Below are positions 59,928-64,000 of a DNA stretch of 64,000 bases, piece after piece. Position 1 is the first letter of the stretch. Every line of letters starts with the position of its first letter. The stretch comes from an uncultured Methanoregulaceae archaeon. GTDB lineage: Archaea > Halobacteriota > Methanomicrobia > Methanomicrobiales > Methanospirillaceae. Location of the stretch: assembly GCA_963717525.1 (NCBI GenBank), contig OY970343.1:2208001-2272000 (forward strand), given 5' to 3'. The notes below the pieces were generated by a model. It saw only the letters and a list, made by a program, of their open reading frames with translations, did no database searches and was not told where the DNA came from. The translations under genes were made by a program, and so were the position numbers.

Positions 59928-61122
59928 ATGGGTGACGAGTGGCAGCCCGAAGCAGTGGTGAGGCTGAGACTGGAACGTCTTAAAAAGGAATTTAACGAAT
60001 ATATTAACGTCAATAGCGAAAAGATTGACGCAAATATCCCCGTTTTTTTCGGGCAGGTCATCGCCTCCCTTGACAAGACGCTTCCCGGCCTCAGCGATGA
60101 GCTCTTCGACCAGTTCATCGATGCAATGGCCTTTGCTGTTCTTGAAGCCTCGAAACGGTCCGAAGAGATCCCCTTTGTCGAAAAACTCTTCGATTACGCA
60201 ATGCGCAACAAGCGCGGGAGCCGGAATCGTGCAGTTTATGATATCCTCCTTGGCATGAAGATGATCAACACCGGGAAATATGCAGAGGGTGCCGAGCAGC
60301 TCAAGAAGTACCGGTCCGTGGACGTCATTATCTGCCCTGCGATCGCGTACTGCTATTTCGTCCTTTCCACCCAGCAGAGCCCTGTCGAGAGGAGCGGGGA
60401 ATACCAGCGGCTCAAGGATATGGCGCTTGCCGCACGGGAGCAGATGATCGAACTTGTCCGACTCAACCCGCCGATAAACCGGCTCCAGGATCTCGAAATT
60501 GCCGAAGATCCGCGGATCAACAAGATCTTCTGGTTCATGATCAAGCAGGCGATCGACTGGTTCCCCAGCGAGCGCGAGTTTCTCCGTATCGGGATCGAGA
60601 AGGCGTCCCGGGACGGGGGGCGTGACCTTAAAGAGGAACTCCTCAATATTGCGATTGAACGGTTCTATAACGACATGTTCTTCCTGCGTGAGCTCTATAA
60701 ACTCAAACTCGAGAACCGGGATGCCGGGGGGGTGGCCGGGGTCGTCAAGCAGATGACCCAGCAATATCCCGACGAGATCGAGCCGGTCTACTATGGTCTC
60801 AAGCTCTCGATCATCACCAGCCGCATGGATACCTATTTCCGGTTCCGGAAACTTGCCGTGGACAAGAACATCCCGCTTCAGGCCCTTCTCCTGCTGGACT
60901 ACTCATTTGAAGTGATGAGCGGCAAACAGGCCGACGCGGCTGCCTGCATGGACGAGATCAAAAAACGCTTCGGCCCGCAGCACTTTTTTGTGACACTGCT
61001 GGAATACGTGGCACACGATTTTCATTCTGACGATGCAAAAAAGGTCAAGCGGTCGAAAAAGGCGATTTTTGATGCTGTCGACCAGGACCTGTATGAAACT
61101 GCTCAAATTCGAGGCGTTATAA
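59928..61122 (+). CDS. Hypothetical alpha-helical protein; 3' end uncertain (possible indel near 61088; the uncorrected ORF ends at 61205)
   Basis: Long ORF with helical composition; an alternative frame gives CMKLLKFEAL* at 61122 and avoids overlap with the next gene. Confidence 0.65.
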
Positions 61123-61192
61123 TGGCAGAACCTGCGATCCCGGGTGCGGGAGAAGGCAAAAGGAGTTGCCTGCGATCAGAGGGGGGTTACGT

Positions 61193-62257
61193 ATGGCAAA
61201 GGTGACAGTTCTTATTGCTTCGGGTGATGCAGCCGACGCTGACAAGCTTGCGGCCCGGGCAGAAACAGCAGGATACGAGGTGAAGGCCCGGGCATATTCC
61301 GGGAAAGATGCGGTCGCCCTGGCGGAGTCCCGGCATCCCGATCTCGTCCTGCTGGGTACGCATCCTGGCGGGACCATGGGATTGACCGAGGTGTTGACGA
61401 GGATCCAGATGGATAACGGTATTCCGGTCGTCCTGGTTGCTGACTCTGATGACGATATCCTGGCCCTGCACGAAAGCTCCGCTTTTCCGTACGGCTACCT
61501 GGTACGGCCGTTTGGCCCCCGGGCTTTCAGGCAGGTAGTCGAGGCTACCGTCTACCGGCACTCCCTTGAACGGGGCAATGGCGGGAAGAAGATCTATCCC
61601 GGCCCGATGGTGCGAAAGGTTGCTCACGATATCAACAACTCGCTCTCTTCGGCGCTGGCAAATATCCAGCTTGCACGCCGGTCCCTGACCCACGGAAAAA
61701 ACCTGTGCCGGCACCTTGACGACGCCGAAAAAAGCGTTCTGCGGGCGCGGGATCATTCCCGCAATCTGCTCGTACCGGCGACGGGCACAAAGAGCGAGGC
61801 CAGCGCAGTCAGGAACGCCCAGGTTCCCGCAGCACACCTGAACAGGGTCACCGGGAAAAAGAAAAGTGCTGCGACCGGCTACAGGATCCTCCTGATGGAT
61901 GATGAGGATGCAATTCTTTCGGCCACCAGCGAAATGCTCTCGTTCTTGGGTCACCTGGTCACGGTTGCGAAAAATGGAGAGGATGCGATCGAACTGTACA
62001 GGAAAGCGCATGCCAATGGCCTGTCGTTCGATGCGGTCATTCTCGATATCACGGTACCGGGCGGGCTTGGTGCAGAAGAAACCCTGCCCCGGCTCCGCGA
62101 GATCGATCCCGATGTGCGGGCGATCATCTCCAGCGGGTATGCAACCCATCCCCTGCTGACCAGCTGTGCTGCGGGCGGGTTTGCCGCAGCCCTGATCAAA
62201 CCGTACGGGTTCAAGGAACTCGAAGAATCCCTTGCACAGGTATCCGGTCCGAAATGA
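61193..62257 (+). CDS. Signal transduction protein with REC-HisKA-REC architecture
   Basis: Degenerate N-terminal receiver, H box VAHDINNSL, intact C-terminal receiver ILLMDDE..VILDI..SSG..KPY. Confidence 0.8.
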   Translation: MAKVTVLIASGDAADADKLAARAETAGYEVKARAYSGKDAVALAESRHPDLVLLGTHPGGTMGLTEVLTRIQMDNGIPVVLVADSDDDILALHESSAFPYGYLVRPFGPRAFRQVVEATVYRHSLERGNGGKKIYPGPMVRKVAHDINNSLSSALANIQLARRSLTHGKNLCRHLDDAEKSVLRARDHSRNLLVPATGTKSEASAVRNAQVPAAHLNRVTGKKKSAATGYRILLMDDEDAILSATSEMLSFLGHLVTVAKNGEDAIELYRKAHANGLSFDAVILDITVPGGLGAEETLPRLREIDPDVRAIISSGYATHPLLTSCAAGGFAAALIKPYGFKELEESLAQVSGPK

Positions 62258-63046
62258 CTATAACCGGATCTCCTGCCGTGCGCCTGGAGTTGAACCCTGC
62301 TGTGTTGCGACAATCAGGTTCTTTTCTTCAAAGAAAAGCCCGAACCCGCCGCGTGCGCTCGCCCGGGCACGCTCCGGTGTATTGTTGATCTCGCTCAGAT
62401 GGGAGAGTACGACCTGAGGCACGTCTTTTCCAAGGGTCCGCAGCACAGAAGCGGCAGCCGGGTTTGAGAGATGCCCACGGTTTGAGCGTATCCGGCGTTT
62501 CAGGGATTCGGGATACGGGCCGTTTGCAAGCATCTCCGGGCAGTGGTTGCTCTCGAGCACCACCGCGTCGCAACGCCGGAGCATGTCAAGCATGTGCGGG
62601 GTAACGACGCCGGTATCGGTGCAGTACCCGAGCAGTTCTCCGTGCTCCTGCAGGACAAACCCGCAGGGTTCTGCCGCATCGTGGGATGTGGCAAATGGCG
62701 AGATGGTAAATCCCCCTGCCCTGAACGGGGCATCGTAGCGGCATGTGTGCGTTTCGAGCGATTTATCCGAGGTACGCCGGTGACAGAGAAAATCCGCGAG
62801 AGTTCCTCCGGTCGCATAGACCGGGCAGGAGAGTTTTCGTGCGAGCACGTCAAGGCCCCTGACATGATCCGTGTGCTCGTGAGTGACGATGATTGCCGCA
62901 ATCGCATCGGGATCACAACCGTTCTGCGCCAGCCGGAGCAGGGTCTCCTTTGCACTCAGGCCTGCATCGATAAGGATAGCACCTTCGCCGCCGGCGATAT
63001 ACGTGCAGTTGCCTTTGCTCCCGCTCGCAAGAATCGTGCACCGCAT
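62258..63046 (-). CDS. MBL-fold metallo-hydrolase (YycJ/WalJ-like)
   Basis: ASGSKGN, THEHTDH, SHDA, TDTG, LESNH, GHLSN and HLSEINN. Confidence 0.9.
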   Translation of the reverse strand: MRCTILASGSKGNCTYIAGGEGAILIDAGLSAKETLLRLAQNGCDPDAIAAIIVTHEHTDHVRGLDVLARKLSCPVYATGGTLADFLCHRRTSDKSLETHTCRYDAPFRAGGFTISPFATSHDAAEPCGFVLQEHGELLGYCTDTGVVTPHMLDMLRRCDAVVLESNHCPEMLANGPYPESLKRRIRSNRGHLSNPAAASVLRTLGKDVPQVVLSHLSEINNTPERARASARGGFGLFFEEKNLIVATQQGSTPGARQEIRL

Positions 63047-63125
63047 CTCTTCCTACATTGGGTGCTTTTTGTATTAACCAGCTTTCCCCGTTTCACTGCC
63101 GGGGAATATTAAAAAGGGGGCGGGG

Positions 63126-63311
63126 TTATTTTTTTGCTTTCATGGCTTCATATTCCGCGAGCACCGGGGCGATGGTCTTTGTGGAGATGGAACGCCGGAC
63201 AAAGACCGTCAGCTTCCGGCAATACCGGATATGGGCTATCTGGAAACTCACAATCAGGCCGAAACAGAGACACGTGATGCCGATCAGGAAATAGCTTGCA
63301 ACGTCGACCAT
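63126..63311 (-). CDS. Small single-TM hypothetical protein
   Basis: MVDVASYFLIG...; one TM helix plus a basic tail. Confidence 0.6.
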   Translation of the reverse strand: MVDVASYFLIGITCLCFGLIVSFQIAHIRYCRKLTVFVRRSISTKTIAPVLAEYEAMKAKK

Positions 63312-63321
63312 GCGGATCCCC

Positions 63322-63510
63322 TCAGGACTCCCGGGCGAGTTCGTCCACGAGCGGGACAACGGAATCCGTATCGGAGCAGTCTTTTGCAAGCACCATAAAC
63401 CGCTTCGAGTAGTACATTGTCAGGAGCTGGTACCCGATGATCATCCCGATAGCAAACATAATGATCCCAAAACCGATGTAGATGAGCAGATCCGTCAGCA
63501 GGTCAGCCAT
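63322..63510 (-). CDS. Small single-TM hypothetical protein
   Basis: MADLLTDLLIYIGFG...; one TM helix plus an acidic tail. Confidence 0.6.
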   Translation of the reverse strand: MADLLTDLLIYIGFGIIMFAIGMIIGYQLLTMYYSKRFMVLAKDCSDTDSVVPLVDELARES

Positions 63511-63706
63511 AGTGAAACACATTGACTGTTACGGCGGGATGCTGATAAATTTATTGAATCCGCGGTACTACCTGGCCGGGGAAAAAGGACCATGCAGCCC
63601 GGGTTCCGGCCGAACCGGACACGCGCACGGCCCCGGGCAGATTCACCGGCTGAATAAGGCCCGGATAACGAAACCTTAACAACCTATCCCGCCGATTTTT
63701 CCTCCT

Positions 63707-64000
63707 ATGTGGAGCGCGATTGATGTCAAAACCTGGGTCTCGCGGCGCACGTCCCGTCTGGATGAAGTGCACGGCCCGGTCCAGGAGATTATAGAGAAGG
63801 TGAGAACAGGGGGGGATGCGGCCTTAATCGAGCTCACCGAAAAATTCGATAAGGTGCACCTGGACACCATCGCCATCGATGAGGATACCCGGGAGGCGGC
63901 CTACGAGGCAGTCGATGCACGGGTTACCGAGTGTCTCGTGGAAGCTCGAGGTACGGATCAGCAGGTTCCACGAACTCCAGCTCCCCCGGGGTCTCTGGCT
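63707..64000 (+). CDS. hisD: Histidinol dehydrogenase, 5' part (runs off window; +1 indel near 63947)
   Basis: VQEIIEKVRTGGDAALIELTEKFD, then RISRFHELQ in the shifted frame. Confidence 0.85.
   Translation, partial: MWSAIDVKTWVSRRTSRLDEVHGPVQEIIEKVRTGGDAALIELTEKFDKVHLDTIAIDEDTREAAYEAVDARVTECLVEARGTDQQVPRTPAPPGSLA

Overview
Core-genome window from a methanogenic archaeon. The archaeal 16S rRNA, cofG/cofC/cofE and mfnA, and the gene order suggest Methanomicrobiales, possibly Methanoregula-like (inference). In order it holds: the conserved rpl18e-rpl13-rps9-rpoN-tRNA-Pro-rpoK-eno-rps2-MEMO-mvk-ipk-fni-RNase J-GGPP synthase-gltX superoperon; an orphan DNA methyltransferase; an AarF/UbiB kinase; purC; cofG and cofC; a glyA-folD-folP-cofE-like cluster; smc-scpA with an upstream coiled-coil gene and no scpB; a complete rRNA operon (16S, 23S, tRNA-Cys, 5S); ppsA-mfnA-hpt-dph2-METTL5; serA; tRNA-Val; a pilin-LamG protein; msrA; nre; lig; and the start of hisD. 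About ten genes and the 23S rRNA carry single-base indels, most likely assembly errors. I saw no transposase, integrase or CRISPR array. The most unusual signals are non-coding: three tandem promoter plus C/D-like hairpin units in the rRNA leader, a tRNA-like element without an anticodon arm in the 16S-23S spacer, and a 180-bp element closed by a perfect 15-bp inverted repeat. I cannot claim a clearly new biological system from this sequence alone.
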